This document shows positions 1 to 12,773 of a stretch of DNA of 64,000 nucleotides, in pieces. The notes under the pieces were generated by a model. That model was given only the letters and a program-made list of their open reading frames with translations, did no database searches and was not told the origin of the DNA. The position numbers and the translations under genes were made by a program. This DNA comes from Leptogorgia sarmentosa (Eukaryota), in contig OZ210885.1 of NCBI GenBank assembly GCA_964658305.1, positions 9,796,001 through 9,860,000 of the forward strand. The letters run 5' to 3'. Within the stretch, counting starts at the first letter, position 1, and every line of letters starts with the position of its first letter.

Positions 1-2532
1 AATGGCCTTGTTTTCATACTAGGAAATCTGGTCGGCCATCTTTCTGTCAATGTTTCCTACACTTTTGTCAGTTCAAGTGCGACTCAAGTTGTGAAATCGT
101 CAGAGCCCATTTTCATGTTCTTATTCCTCAAGTTCTCTTGTCTCAAATCGCAGCCCACCGAAAAACAAAGTACGAGTTCTCTTGTATTATTTTCAATAAT
201 TCTCATGGTATTTGGAACATGTATTTTCGTCATATGGGATATAGCGTTCAATCTTTGGGGGATTCTTGCGGCTGTGGCGTCAAATATCGCATTTCCGCTT
301 CGAAACATTGCTTTAAAAAATATCGGTCGACAGTACGAAAGTCCGTTCGAAAAATATTTCATATTGTCCTTCTTTGGAACTCTTTTGCTTTTCCCGTTTC
401 TGATACTAAAATTGATCATTCAAAACACGTCCCCACTGAATTTATCTCAATCGGGTATTGCAGCTTCAGGCTTCCACTGTGTTTATAACCTAGCTTCCAT
501 TTCAGTCCTTCAGAACGTCTCGCCATTGAACCACGCTATTTTAAATTTCTCAAAACGTATTTTCGTCATTACGCTCAACATCAAATATTTCAACCTCGCT
601 CTGACGTGGCTCCTCGGATTGGTGATCATATTCTCAGGCCTAGCCCTCTACCTTTTCTCCCACAGCGGAAAAACCTCTTCGAAGAAATTTTTTATTTTCC
701 CATCATTGAGAATCACTCCACGAAGATGCTGCCGATACTTCTTGCTCGTCGGCTTCCTAACCTTGCTGTCAACTTTGGTGTATTCGCCACGCAAGCTCAA
801 AGAGAGTCTCAATGAACATCCTTTCGAATTTGACGTACGTCGCGTTAATGACAGACCTTCCCCGAATCCTGTTGTAAATCGTGACACCTCACTGGTTCTG
901 ACTACAGCTTGGCTTTTTAATAAGCCAATGTCAGATGCGTTCATCAAAGACATGGTTATGGCACACAAACAAACTGGCGCATCTATACAAGTGTACTGCA
1001 GCACAATGAAATGCTTGGATACCATAAAGAAGCTAGAAAATCCAGCGATAACCGCAAGTTTCCTCGTGGTTCCAAATGTGCTTGGGAAGACAACATTAAA
1101 GGAATGGGGCGAGCGTCATGTCTTGTAGAAAGTCTTAGCTGGCCTTCATTATGAATGGTACCTTACCGAAGCTTTATGTCTTGCCCATCTCTGGCAGTAC
1201 GGTGGAAGTTTTTTTTTTGCCTTCTTACCCAATGACGCAACGCCTGTCGGGTGATGAACAAGAAAATAACTGGCCTTGCATGTCGTTGAGATTTGCTGTC
1301 AGGGAAAAAACCGCCTTCGAACACCTCCAATTACATGTAAAGGATCAACGATTACAACAACACGTTACCAGGTTTCTTGAAAACATGAAGTCCTGGAATT
1401 CCAAACCATTGTTGCCCAGTATGTTCCAAGATACCGTGTGGAATGGGTTTTCACGACATTGTCCAAATAACACACGCTGGTGCATGATTCGTCATTCGAA
1501 GACCTTTCGTGATATGTACGCCCGCCATGGAATGCCATTCGAACACGAACACCATTTCGGGATGTTATCGTTTGACGGCAGTCCTGGTCCCATTGTTCTT
1601 GCAAATATCGGAGACGAGATTCATGCCCTCGCTGGATTGCAATTCTTGCCATTTGTCCACTTCTTCTTGGACAGAGAGTACCTGATACCTCCAAACACCC
1701 ACGGCAGTAAGCACCCTGTGTTCTTTAACGCCTGGTGGGGTAACCGTAGGTTCAAATGGCCACCCCCAGAAAATATCGATCCAATGATGCTTTCTATTCA
1801 CACTGACGCAAGATTTCGTTCCGTTGTTTCCTCCTCGACAAAAGCCATTGATTTTCTAAAATCCAAGGCGCCCATTGGCGCTCGCGATATGGTCACAAAA
1901 AAATTTATGGATAAGTTACAAGTGCCATCGTTTTTCTCAGGTTGTATGACGCTGTCTCTACGAATACGAAACCCTCAGCCGCTAGAAAAGCGGGACAATA
2001 TACATCACAGATCTGTCCAAGGAAAACATGAAATTACTGCCGGAATGGATTGTCAAGAAAGCCAAATTGGTTAGGCACAAGTTCGACTACGGTTTGCGTC
2101 CGTCGTTATTGACACAAGAACCTTTCGTCGATGCTTACAAAATCCTTGAGAAATATTCCCAAGCTAGACTCGTGATTACACAACGAATCCACGCGGCGTT
2201 ACCATGCGTCGCCATGGGAACGCCAGTGATTTTCTTCAGCGCTGCAAAAATGCCTGGAGGGGGGGGGGGGGGGGGCGTCGACTTCAAAAGCCACGGATAG
2301 GGTGATTGGTCTTGTCGAGTTATTCCACTCCATCGATCTGTTCAGTTTGACAGTCGAGCAAGCGAAAGAAAAGCTGCGTAAATTCAATTGGACAAACCCG
2401 CCGCGTAATCCGAGTTTGGGCAGACGAACGCAATTGGTTTCCTCGATGTGGTTAATCATTCGCAAGAACCAAGCTATTTATGAAAGTGCGCGTAGGTTTG
2501 GTATGTTACCGCTTACCCCTCAGTGGCTCACT
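1..2532 (+). pseudogene. Disrupted intronless fusion gene: TPT/SLC35E-like transporter + glycosyltransferase-like segment + polysaccharide pyruvyl transferase-like domain (5' end outside window)
   Basis: Frame 1 from nt 1 reads GHLSVNVSY..VKSSEPIF, AAVASNIAFPLRN, FHCVYNLAS..L..VSPLNHAILNFSKRIFVI (TPT-family motifs). After TAG at 1126-1128 the same frame continues YLTEALCLAHLWQYGG (Gly_transf_sug-like). Following frameshifts (T-run ~1208-1218, ~1997, G-run ~2258-2276) it reads ANIGDEI, PIGARD, FFSGCMTL, ARLVITQRIHAALPCVAMGTPV (PS_pyruv_trans-like). Ends where LINE sequence begins. Confidence 0.75.
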
Positions 2533-4470
2533 AAAGTACAGCCTAGTACTTTGAAAAAAACCGTGAAAAAAAGAGCAGCGATATTAACTGCATTAATTAG
2601 GAAACCCATCAAATTTCCAACCCTAATGAATTGGCTGAATGTTTCAACAATTATTTCACCAATATTGGCCCTGAGATCGCCAACAGTATTGATAGTGGCG
2701 ATGGAAATTTCCGAGACAACATTATGAATATATCAAGTAAATTTAATTTTCAAACTATTTCGGTATCGAAAGTTCATAAGTTACTGATTTCATTAAATCC
2801 CTGAAAATCTACTGGAATTGATAAAATCCCTTCCAAAATCATGCGAATTGCATCTCCTGTAATTGTAAAGTCGATAACCGAAATTTTTAATAGGGCAATT
2901 CTTTTGGAAGCTGTTCCATCTGAATGGAAGTCAGCTAGGGTTATTCCTTTACACAAAAAAGGTCCAAAAAATTTGTTAAATAATTATCGCCCAATCTCTA
3001 TTTTGCCCGCTATAAGTAAAATTTTCGAAAAGGTACTATATGAACAACTATATGACTACTTTGTTTCCAATAACTTATTATCTCCTCATCAGTTTGGATT
3101 TAGACAGTTTCATTCAACAGCTTCTGCCCTTTTGGATAGTACTAACGAATGGTTCATCAACATGGACCGCGGTATGTTTAATATTGCAGTTTTTCTCGAT
3201 TTGACGAAGGCATTCGATACCATTAATCATGACATAATGCTAGAAAAGCTTAGGCTTTATGGCTTGGAAGAACCTTCGATGAACCTGTTAAGTTCGTACC
3301 TTGAGAATAGAACTCAGCTGTGCTCTGTTAATGGAGCGCTATCCGGCCCAAAGCCAATTTCGTGTGGAATTCCTCAAGGTTCTATCCTTGGGCCTCTCCT
3401 ATTTCTAATTTATATAAACGATTTACCCCACAGTCCGGAATACTCGTCGCCAAGAATGTTTGCCGACGATACCACGTTAACTGTATCTGGTAAATCAATA
3501 CAGGAAGTAGAGGAGGCAATTAACCACGATCTTGTAAGTGTCAAGAGTTGGCTTTGTTCAAACAAACTGTCCCTAAATCTGGTCAAAATTGAATACTTAC
3601 TAATTGGATCACGGTATAATATCAATAACTTACTTACTGCTCCCAATGTTTATGTTGGAGATACACCAATTAATAGAGTGAGAGTAACAAAGGCACTGGG
3701 AGTCCATATTGATGAGTTTCTATCTTGGGAAAAACATGTTGATACAATTGCTAAAAAAGTTTCATCCGGAATTGCAGCGATCAGAAAGCTCAAGTCCTGT
3801 ATCGATTCGTGGTGCCCTAATAGGTGCTTATAATGCACTTGTGGCACCTCATTTCGATTATTGTTGTGAAGTTTGGGACACTATTGGCATCGGGCTTTCT
3901 GACCGCTTGCAAAAATTACAAAACAGGGCTGCTAGAGTTATTACGGGCCGTAAAAACGTGCACGGTCAGTCTGAACTTGCTCTGAATGAACTTGGATGGA
4001 AGCCACTGAGCGAACGCAGAACCAAGTTCGTAGCAAGTTCAATGTATAAAATTATGAATAATCTAGCGCCAAAAGCGTTAGCTGATATCTTTCTACAGAC
4101 GCCTTCCTCCCAATATTACAATTTACGAGGCTCTTCCACTAAGCTCTTTCTGCCTCATCCTCGCTCTGACTTTCATAAAAAAAGTCTGAGTTTCAGAGGT
4201 GTAAAATTGTGGAATAGCCTCTCAGAAGAGTTAAGGACTAAGGATTCTCTCCAGTCCTTTAAAACCAATTTTATAATGCCTGGCCGGTAATCATGTATAT
4301 ACTGTATTCTTTTTTTAAATGTGTGTAGTGTACTTTATGTAGTGTGTCCGTGATGTAAATAACTAATTTCTTCTTTGATTTTTTTTTTTATGAATATGCA
4401 CGCCCCCCTTGGAAATCAGCTCTCTGCTGTAGGGGTTAGCGTGATTAAATAAAGTTTTTACCTACCTACC
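2533..4470 (+). mobile_element. 5'-truncated non-LTR retrotransposon (CR1/L2-like), RT domain with one frameshift
   Basis: ORF 2841-3833 has NYRPISILP, QFGFR, DLTKAFDTINH, GIPQGSILGPLLFLIYINDL, FADD. ORF 3709-4290 continues with the C-terminal PHFDYC..VW/LQKLQNRAARVI. The 3' UTR ends AATAAA + (CCTA)n tail at ~4448-4470. No TSD found. Confidence 0.92.
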
Positions 4471-5438
4471 ATTTCTCAGCGTTTTATATCTTACGCGCAG
4501 ATGTTGTCTTTGTTTTCCCCTTTCCAAACCTTTAAGAAGCTCTTGAAGGCATGAAAGCTTTAAAATGCTTCGGCTCTTCATGATATTCCACTAATTTTAG
4601 AGATCAGTGATGACCTACGATGCACCATGACCCAAGATGGCGGCCAAATCGAGAAACTTTGGACTCCGCTATGCAGCTCTATACCCGGGTGCAAATAGCG
4701 TGCGGAATTATTACCCTCGCCCCGGGCTGACGCCCGGTCGGCGCTTCGCGCCGTGGCTTAGGGACAATGTATACTGTCTCAACGAACGTGACTTACATCT
4801 GCTCGTCGATTAGCATCCAGTATTATACAGTGCATATCAGTCAAGAATAAAACATATCTGTCACATCGTTATTGAGGGTGTTTTTCCCAACAGTGCTTGA
4901 ATAATTTCGTTTTAATCAACAAACATTTTGAGATTGTTTAAATAACAAGAAAATATTATAAATATTAATGTGATGTTCTTTGGAAATGGAATGTAACATC
5001 ATTTTGCTTATGCGAACAACTCTTTCTCGATTTTTATTCACAACTGCAAACTCTTCGATTTAATAATATGTATGAGTTGTTAATTTTAGAAAAGATATTT
5101 CACCTGGCGCGTGTCATTGAATAAAAACACGCATTGAATAATGAACAGGTGATCGATTTAAAACGTTTGTTGTTTCCTCTGTTTATCAAACACAGCTCGA
5201 ATAGCATAAGACCACATGAAAACAGTCAGTCTCCTTATCTGTCAGGTTCTTATTGGTGGAACACATCTGCAGACTTGTATTAACTGAACCTCACTTGTAA
5301 ATGTCTGAAATTGACCTGCGTTTTCTGAAATTCGTTTAGAAATCACTGAAAATGACCTGGAAAAGGTGTAGATCATGTGCAAGTGCAATGCCACTATAGA
5401 TATTAAACAATTTATTAATGGTAGATATTTTCTATTAG

Positions 5439-8400
5439 AATTCATAACAAAAATCATGAAACTGGCAGATGACGTGCAAGATCATGCATGCCATTCAAGA
5501 GGTATATTGTGCAGCGTCTTCATTACGTATTGAAAAATGAACAGAAAAATTAATGTGAACACTTTTTTGTTGGTGTAGTTACAAAATGGGGATGTTTCAA
5601 GTCCTGTTGATATTTATTATGATGCATTTTAAGATCTAGAGATACAGGATTGTTTTTAAACCCACTGCAACTGTAACTGTGTATGTGTAGTAAAAAATGG
5701 ACTAAATAGAAAAAAATATTAGGAGATACAGTACAATTCAACCGTGTAATTATGTGTATTTTTTCAGCATCGATTGAATTTATCAATACAAGAAAATAAA
5801 GACATCTCGCAAAGATGTCATGAACAAGATGGTCAAGTATGAGCATATGTACTGTTATGGTCGATCATTAATTTTTTTTAGTGGCACATATTACATTGTG
5901 TAACGCTGAGTAAATGACTAAACCAGGTTTTGTCAGCATCAGTTTACAACAATCAATAAAGAAAAGTGATGACTTGTAGGTATACATATAAATTTGTTTT
6001 AATTCTTACAATGCAGTTATCATTGTTGAGAGAGAACAACTCTATTCTCGAAGCGGAAAATGAAGAACTAAAAGTGCGAGTTCTTAAATAAACGGTTAAG
6101 AACTCATAATAACCAACATGGGTTCGTAAACTGCTTTAAAAATTTATAAATATTTTTCTTGAAGTGGACTATACACTGCAGTAAAGCACAAGTGCGATGC
6201 AGGGCAAAGCAAGTTGAGCCCCCCCCCCCCCCCCCATTGTTGCATTAACATTGCATTACATTTTAAGACTATAGTATAATTAAGTTCTATGGTTCTATGT
6301 TATCCAATAAACAATGTGTTTACGCGGTATGCAGTAACTACTGGAAAGTTTTCAAGAAGCGTTTGAAATCCTTGCTTGTATTACTCATAAAATCAGAGAT
6401 GTGAAGATACTACAGTCCCTGACAGGCAATTATTTTTACAGAGATCCTGATGAATGTTTCAGGCTTCGACTAGAGGCGGAACAATTAAGGGAAGAGGTGG
6501 AACAACTAAGGGAAGAGAACTGCGCTCTTGAGTCAAGTATGTTCGTGTTGAAACTCTTCCTACTACTGGATTGTTTGTTTTGTTTTCTTTCTTTTTTCAA
6601 GAGTCGGTTTTTTCTTTACAAATTTCACTATTATTTATGGATCGGGATGAACTTCGTACTAGATGCGACTCATACGAGAAAGAACACTTAAGTTTGTGTG
6701 AGCGAGTGAGTAGATCGAAGTTAAAGAACAGCAATTACATTAAAACATAGAAAGCACTGACATGTTTTTGAGTCGTGTTTTTTTGTATTATAGATAGCAC
6801 AACTTCAAAGTCTGGCTCAAGAATCTCGAGAGTTACGAGATGAAGTTCATGTCCTTCGCCACACGAAAGAAACTGTCATACGTTTTTTAATGTATTATCC
6901 ATTTAGCCTCATGTTGAAACGCCATCGTGCGCAAACTTTCAATAATCTAACAACACATGTAGAACGATCGGTGCTTTATTAAATATAAATGCACATGTTA
7001 TACGTGGATATAAGATCATATCTTGTTATAATACGGCTGGAGGAGTATTTCCATAGGTAGCCCAACGCACGCATGACGTAACATCGAGTAGTATAATATG
7101 ATATATTATGATATATATGATCATATTATACTACTGAATGTTACGTCATGCGTGCGCTGGGCTACCTATGGTATTTCTATAAGAAATTGATCTAAAAATT
7201 GTGAAGCCGATGACTTAGTTGTTGCTGTAAATGAACCGTGATATCGTGATGTGAAGTAATCAGATGCTTTCATTCCTTTAGGCTAAATATGAAACCATTA
7301 TTGAGGAGTACAAGAAAAAGTTGAGTAAGGATTTTTGATTATTTCTTAATACCATCATTGATTAGTTACTGAAGTTGTGTTTAATCTTCATGGTAACTTG
7401 ATTGCTTTTTCTTACGTTATTTAGAGAAATTGACGGAGCAAAATATACAACAAGAAATTGACAAACAAGAAGTACGTGACTGGATGGATCGTTCGTGTGT
7501 CCTGTGTTTTTTCATTCAAGTGTTCTGTGGGAGATTTTTAAACAGTGAAAAAATTCTTTCGTAATTATCTTTAGGATCTGCGGAAAAAAGAATCGATAGA
7601 AAGAAGGCTGGAAAATTACGAGAAGGTATTTTACGTTTGTATAATACAACAAGGTTGCGGAGATCATTTTCAATCTTCTTGAAAATTAATAGGCAATAAA
7701 ACTTGTGTCTCCAGAACACGAGGAGAAACCTACGTGTGTGGATTTCGTATTGAATATTTTACATTTATTTATTTGTAGGTTGATCACTTAAAAACAGCGG
7801 TGGCGGAAAATACCCGAAGAGCGGACAAGGTGGATTATTATACATTGTAGATGGTAAAAGCAATCTGATTGGCTAAGAGCTTACAGTTAAATCGCGCAAT
7901 CACGCAACCTACAGGAAATCCAGTTATCTGCTAGCAGATAACTAATTATGTACAAAATGAGCCTATGTTTTCATAAATGAAGTTTTTCATGCATTAATAC
8001 ATTGTTTATTATTCTTCAAATGTATAATAAAACAATTATTGAATTCGGTTTCGGCTCGGCTCATAACGCTTACCTCGACCTTGATAATTCCGCATATCAC
8101 AAAAACCTCATCCAATAATTGTTAATTACTGCATAGTACGCTTTTTATCGATCACAATTTATTAGAAAGCCCACGTGTACAACAAAATATTCTCATGAAT
8201 ATTTCTGTCGATTTCTATGCAGTATTTATCAAAATATTTTGCTTCAGTCTTTTCTGTTTTTGACCGAAACGATTCCTGGATCTTAAGAAATGTTTCACTC
8301 AACTAAATATATAATATACACGTTCTATTTTTAGGCTGAGATTGAATGCAAGCGTCTCGCGGCTAAACTTGTTCAGCTGCAGGGGGAAAATGAGGTTATG

Positions 8401-8802
8401 AATTACAATTTTTAACTTCTGGTCAAACAGAACGATGACAGAATTTGACAGGAGAAAGTAAAATAATTAAGGCAATGCATGTGTTTCACGCAAATTATGC
8501 GTGATTTGATACGATACTTTGTTTTAGAATCACTATGTTGTGCAATCTTCATGTAGCACGTTTGTATGTCCTGCCATTTTAGCGTCTGAAAGAAGAAAGG
8601 AATTTTCTCAGAGAGAGAAACGAGCAACTTGATGGCTCAGATTATGGTGGATTGCTCATGGCGGATTTACCGCCTGAGGCAAGGTTAGTTCAGTAAACAA
8701 AGATTTCGGAAAAATGTCCCTTCTGATCGATACGATGAAAGGCACGCTAAAGTGTTTTTCCTTATTTCAAGAACTATCGTCGAAGGTGAAGAATCTGAGC
8801 AG
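5439..8802 (+). pseudogene. HOOK: Hook-family coiled-coil gene fragment, intron-containing and decayed
   Basis: Exons 5439-5501 (EFITKIM..VQ/IMHAIQE, frameshifted), 5768-5836 (ISQRCHEQDGQ), 6017-~6073, 6442-6536, 6641-6705 (RDELRTRCDSYEKE; acceptor TGG), 6794-6877 (LRDEVHVLRH; donor ATACGT), 7282-7324 (EEYKKKL), 7425-7471, 7575-7625, 7779-7829 (RRADK), 8335-8394 (ECKRL), 8583-8683, 8772-8802. These are collinear with remembered Hook motifs VMTAIQE, IAQRCHELD, LKDEIDVLRH, ESYKKKL, KKADK, EYKRL. Confidence 0.8.
7052..7170. mobile_element. Palindromic 119-bp MITE, CA..TG ends, 7-bp TSD (P-superfamily-like)
   Basis: CATAGGTAGCCCA..GCATGACGTAACA / TGTTACGTCATGC..TGGGCTACCTATG; GTATTTC at 7045-7051 and 7171-7177. 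Confidence 0.8.
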
Positions 8803-9399
8803 GTAAATATATAATAATATAATTTCAAGCATTGATTACTGCCTGATAGTTATATGAGCTTCCTTTACAAGTAAAGCGTGTCGGCACTGACACATTTGTA
8901 CATGTTTGGACTGCCCGCGGACCCGCGGTGTCATTGTGATCACGGAATATCTACCATATTTTGACGCTTTGCCATACAGAATGGTTGAAACATTCAATCC
9001 CAGGAAAATAGAATTTGTAGCCTGTATTAAAACGGGTTTTTGCGTATATTAAGCCCGAGACAAAACAAACGAAATCAGATACAGTTTCAAGTATTCAGTT
9101 TTGAACCTACACACATACCGATCATACATACTCTTTAGTGTCTAGGCAAATGCTGCATGAATGGACAGAATATTTAAGGGTAAATTTGGTTTTTAGAGAG
9201 CCAAATTTTTCACAAACAATCGCAAAGCACCCTATTTATGTCGCCGGCACCATAGAACTGCTGCTGTGGTTCAGTTTGAGGTCGTTGTATCTCGCGTCTG
9301 GTCCCATCAATTGCGGCTACTCCGCCAGGGGAAACTAAGTTCATAACATTGATCTTGAATCCTTTGATACCAAAGCGGCTGATTTTTCTTCGATTTCAG

Positions 9400-10000
9400 G
9401 AATGACGGAACCGGCAAAACCTGAGTACACTTGCTACAGCGATGTTGAAATCCAAATTGCCATTAAAGAACAAGGAAAGTTGAAAAAAAAGCTGAGGGAG
9501 CGGCCAGTAGGTGCCATCATCAACAACATGGTGTCAGCCGCTTCCTCGGCACCATTCAACCGCTTCCCCGAAAAGGAAGAGTTAAAAGATATGGCAAGGA
9601 TGCTAATCAGAGTATATCCTTGTCTTAATGATGAAGAAACTGGCGATGTAAGTAACAACCTTTAAGCCACATACTGAATATTATGTTCTAGACACTGTTA
9701 GGTGCAACGGGATTGTGTCTATTAATTGATGGTATATGCTAAACCTCTGTAATAAAAATGTCTCATGGTTTTCATGGCCAAATGCATATTGTACTTGATC
9801 ATCAACTGCAGCATTCATGGTTTTTCAGTGAGCTCGAATTATGTTTCTGGAGCTTATACATCTCAAATTTTGTATAGGGTGCTGTGCTAAAACAATTGAA
9901 AAGGAGGCTAAGCGATGAAAAGCCGGTATAGCCAAGCCACGAGGGCCTTGCCCTGGTAAGAGAAAAAATATTCCTGTGGAGGATGACGGATTGAAGAAAA
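9400..10000 (+). pseudogene. Two exons (9400-9647, 9879-) encoding a SAMD3-like, transposon-associated helical domain fragment
   Basis: FPEKEELKDMARMLIRVYPCLNDEETGD|GAVLKQLKRRLS with canonical GT/AG; resembles the L...YPCL.D..G....LK motif; in-frame TAG soon after. Confidence 0.4.
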
Positions 10001-11114
10001 TATATCGACATGGCTGTACAAGCAGATCGAGGCGCAGATACCAGAAGAAGAATCCCTTGTAACTAGTTGTAACTGCCCTCCGCTCACCAACACAGTTTCG
10101 TTGCACACACAGCTTTTTAATAATCATCCAAGCTTATAGCTATATACACGAGTATTCACATAATTGCTAACTATGGATGAACGCATTTACAACAATATAG
10201 GGAAAAACTTTAGTTTTTTGTGAACGCTGAACATTACAAAGACATGTGTAATTTGTAATTAATTACGTTTTTAAATTGTAAATTTGTTACTGGAATTAAT
10301 TACTTTCCTGAAGAAGTAATTGTGTTCAGTAATTAATTACATTTTAGAGACAGTTGGGATGATGGTTTATTGGGAAAAGTTAATAAAGTCAACCTGAACA
10401 AGGAGATAAAGGAATACAAGGAGATTAAAAAAGCTTTCAAACGGATATATTCGTTATTCAATATATTCGTCTTAAGGTTGGAAATTGAGTATTTTTTTTA
10501 CACGTTTGAATCGGAGCATTCTTTCCGTATTATAGTAAATTCGACTTAGGCGATCGTCACACTAGTCTATAATCGCCGAGTTGCAAAAATTGAACGTACG
10601 CTCAGCTAGAGTAAGATGGATTAGAGCCTTCGTCATGTTCGTATCCGCCCAAGTATCCTAATCCCAGATCCCAGTCTCGAAATAAAAACAACTAACTTCA
10701 ATATTGAAAAACTGAGTGCATCTCAACAAGAATACTATGTATTACTCCTAATGTAAGCTTAAACGAGATCCCAGTCTCGAAACAACTTATTAACTGTTAA
10801 CTGAGTACGCTATGGCCCACACTATGCGTGGCAAACGAGGATCTAATTTCTCAAAACACGGACAAAAGATAAGAGGAACTGAGACGTCAGGTTTCAGTCA
10901 AGCACCTCAACCTAACAACAGAAGCACGCAGCAAGGTTGGAAGTAAAGACCACCGCCTTAGCGTTACCCCCTAGAGGGCCCCGCAAACAGGCACGAACAC
11001 GAAGAGTACTGCTGCCAAAATCAAGGCAAAACGATGCACGAACGAACAGCGAACACGTACGGAATTCACAACACTTGGCACGGCCACGCAGGAACACGGA
11101 AGGAATTCACAACA

Positions 11115-11250
11115 CTTCTTCAAGTCTTCGATTCTTCAAGTCTTCGATTCTTCAAGTCTTCGACTTTTCGATTGTTCGGGTCTTCGATTCTTCAAGTCTC
11201 CGATTCTTCTAGTGTTCGATTCTCCGATTCTTCGATTCTTCAAGTCTCCT
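11115..11250. repeat. Degenerate tandem array of TTCTTCAAGTCTTCGA (16-bp unit)
   Basis: Directly visible, about 8 degenerate copies. Confidence 0.85.
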
Positions 11251-12297
11251 TCTTTGGGTCTTCGCCCGGAGGCGATTAACTTGCTTTTCCGAGCCTTATT
11301 TTAACAGTGAAAAGCGAGCTTAAGATTACGGGACGCGACCGCCCGGAAGATAATATTCAATTTTCTGTTAATAGCGCATGCGTGATTTCACGTCGTCAAA
11401 GTTTTTACCACTAGCTTTGTTCTTTGATGGAATGGCTCAATCAACTAAAACTATACATCGCTTCACAGATGATACAACAAAAGAGTAGTTTTTTAAAAAT
11501 CTTAATGTTTTTATTTTTCAGAAACGTTTTTTTAGTGATAATCTTAATGCGAAGAATTTAGCGCGCGGGATCTGAACAAACATCACAGGTTGAAACCAAC
11601 GTGGTTGTTTTATTTCCAGGGAGACAACGTTGCCGGCGAACTTTCTTTTCACTGCTTTTTTCATGCGCTCGCTCACCTAGTTGCCGGGTAGCACTCTTTC
11701 ACGACCGGTGCGTGAGTGCGGAAATGGTAGACAGCAGACACACATAGAGATCAGAAGGAGACTCGGACTGCGCTTCGGTTGGTTGTGTCAACAAGGAGAC
11801 GCAAAGGTGGCATGTTCGTTTCAGAAATATTTTGGCATGTTCATTCAGACAATGTGTATTTACTAGCAGTTTGTATGTATGTATGCAGTATCAGTCCATA
11901 CAGTGTCCCGAAAGCTTAGGTCCAACTTTATTTGATTTTACATCTCGTGTTTATAATTCTCTGGTTTGAATCCAGCGTTTTTACCGCCATGCCCTGGTTC
12001 GATTCCCGGCGTGGGAATAATACTTGCGAGAGAAGGGAAAAAATATGCAATTCGAAAAATTAGGAAAACCATTGCTATACTAGCTCTATCCCTCTTACCC
12101 ATTCTTTTGGTGTTTTCTGTATTTAAGTCTTTGTTGACATGATCTTGCTTTTCCACAAAAAAATTGATTTTGCTGATCATGTTTAAAGTGTCAAAATTTC
12201 CTAGAACTAACTCTGATTTATTATTTGAAGGTGTTTGGTGAAAATGTTCGGCATCTTGTGGAATATGATTATTATAACGAAGGAGTTGGGCAACTTT

Positions 12298-12368
12298 GCG
12301 TTGGTGGTTCAGTGGTAGAATTCTCGCCTGCCACGCGGGAGACCGGGGTTCGATTCCCCGCTAACGCA
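12298..12368 (+). tRNA. tRNA-Gly(GCC)
   Basis: GCGTTGG..TTCAGTGGTAGAA..CTCGC CT GCC AC GCGGG..GGTTCGATTCC..CTAACGCA; intact cloverleaf. Confidence 0.92.
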
Positions 12369-12425
12369 GATTATTTTCATTTTGTTGAATTTGAACACAG
12401 AAATATTCAAGAAACAAGTTATCAC

Positions 12426-12497
12426 TGCCATGTGGTCTACTGGTTGGGATCTGGCGTTTTCACCGCCAAGGCCCGGGTTTGATTCCCGGCGTGGGAA
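12426..12497 (+). tRNA. tRNA-Glu(TTC), degenerate (probable pseudogene)
   Basis: Copy of 12935-13006 with acceptor-stem, D-loop and T-loop (GTTTGA) substitutions. Confidence 0.65.
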
Positions 12498-12773
12498 GAA
12501 TAATTGCGAGAGAAGGGGAAATTATGCAATTCGAGAAATTAGCAAAACCATTGCTATTGCTAGCTCTATCCCTCTTACCTATTCTTTTGGGTTTTTTTGT
12601 ATTTAAGTCTTTGTTGTCATGATTTTGCTTTTCCAAAAAAAATATTTTGCTGATTATGCTTAAGTGCAACAATTTCCTAGAATTTACTCTGATTTATTAT
12701 TTGAAGGTGTTTGGTGAACATGTTCGGGACCTTGTGGAATATGAACATTATAACGAAATAATTGTGCAACTTT

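Noticed and set aside
1..2532. Bacterial contaminant explanation for the pyruvyltransferase-like gene
   Set aside because: It is fused to a eukaryote-type TPT domain and contiguous with an animal LINE and spliceosomal genes; a chimeric assembly cannot be excluded without reads.
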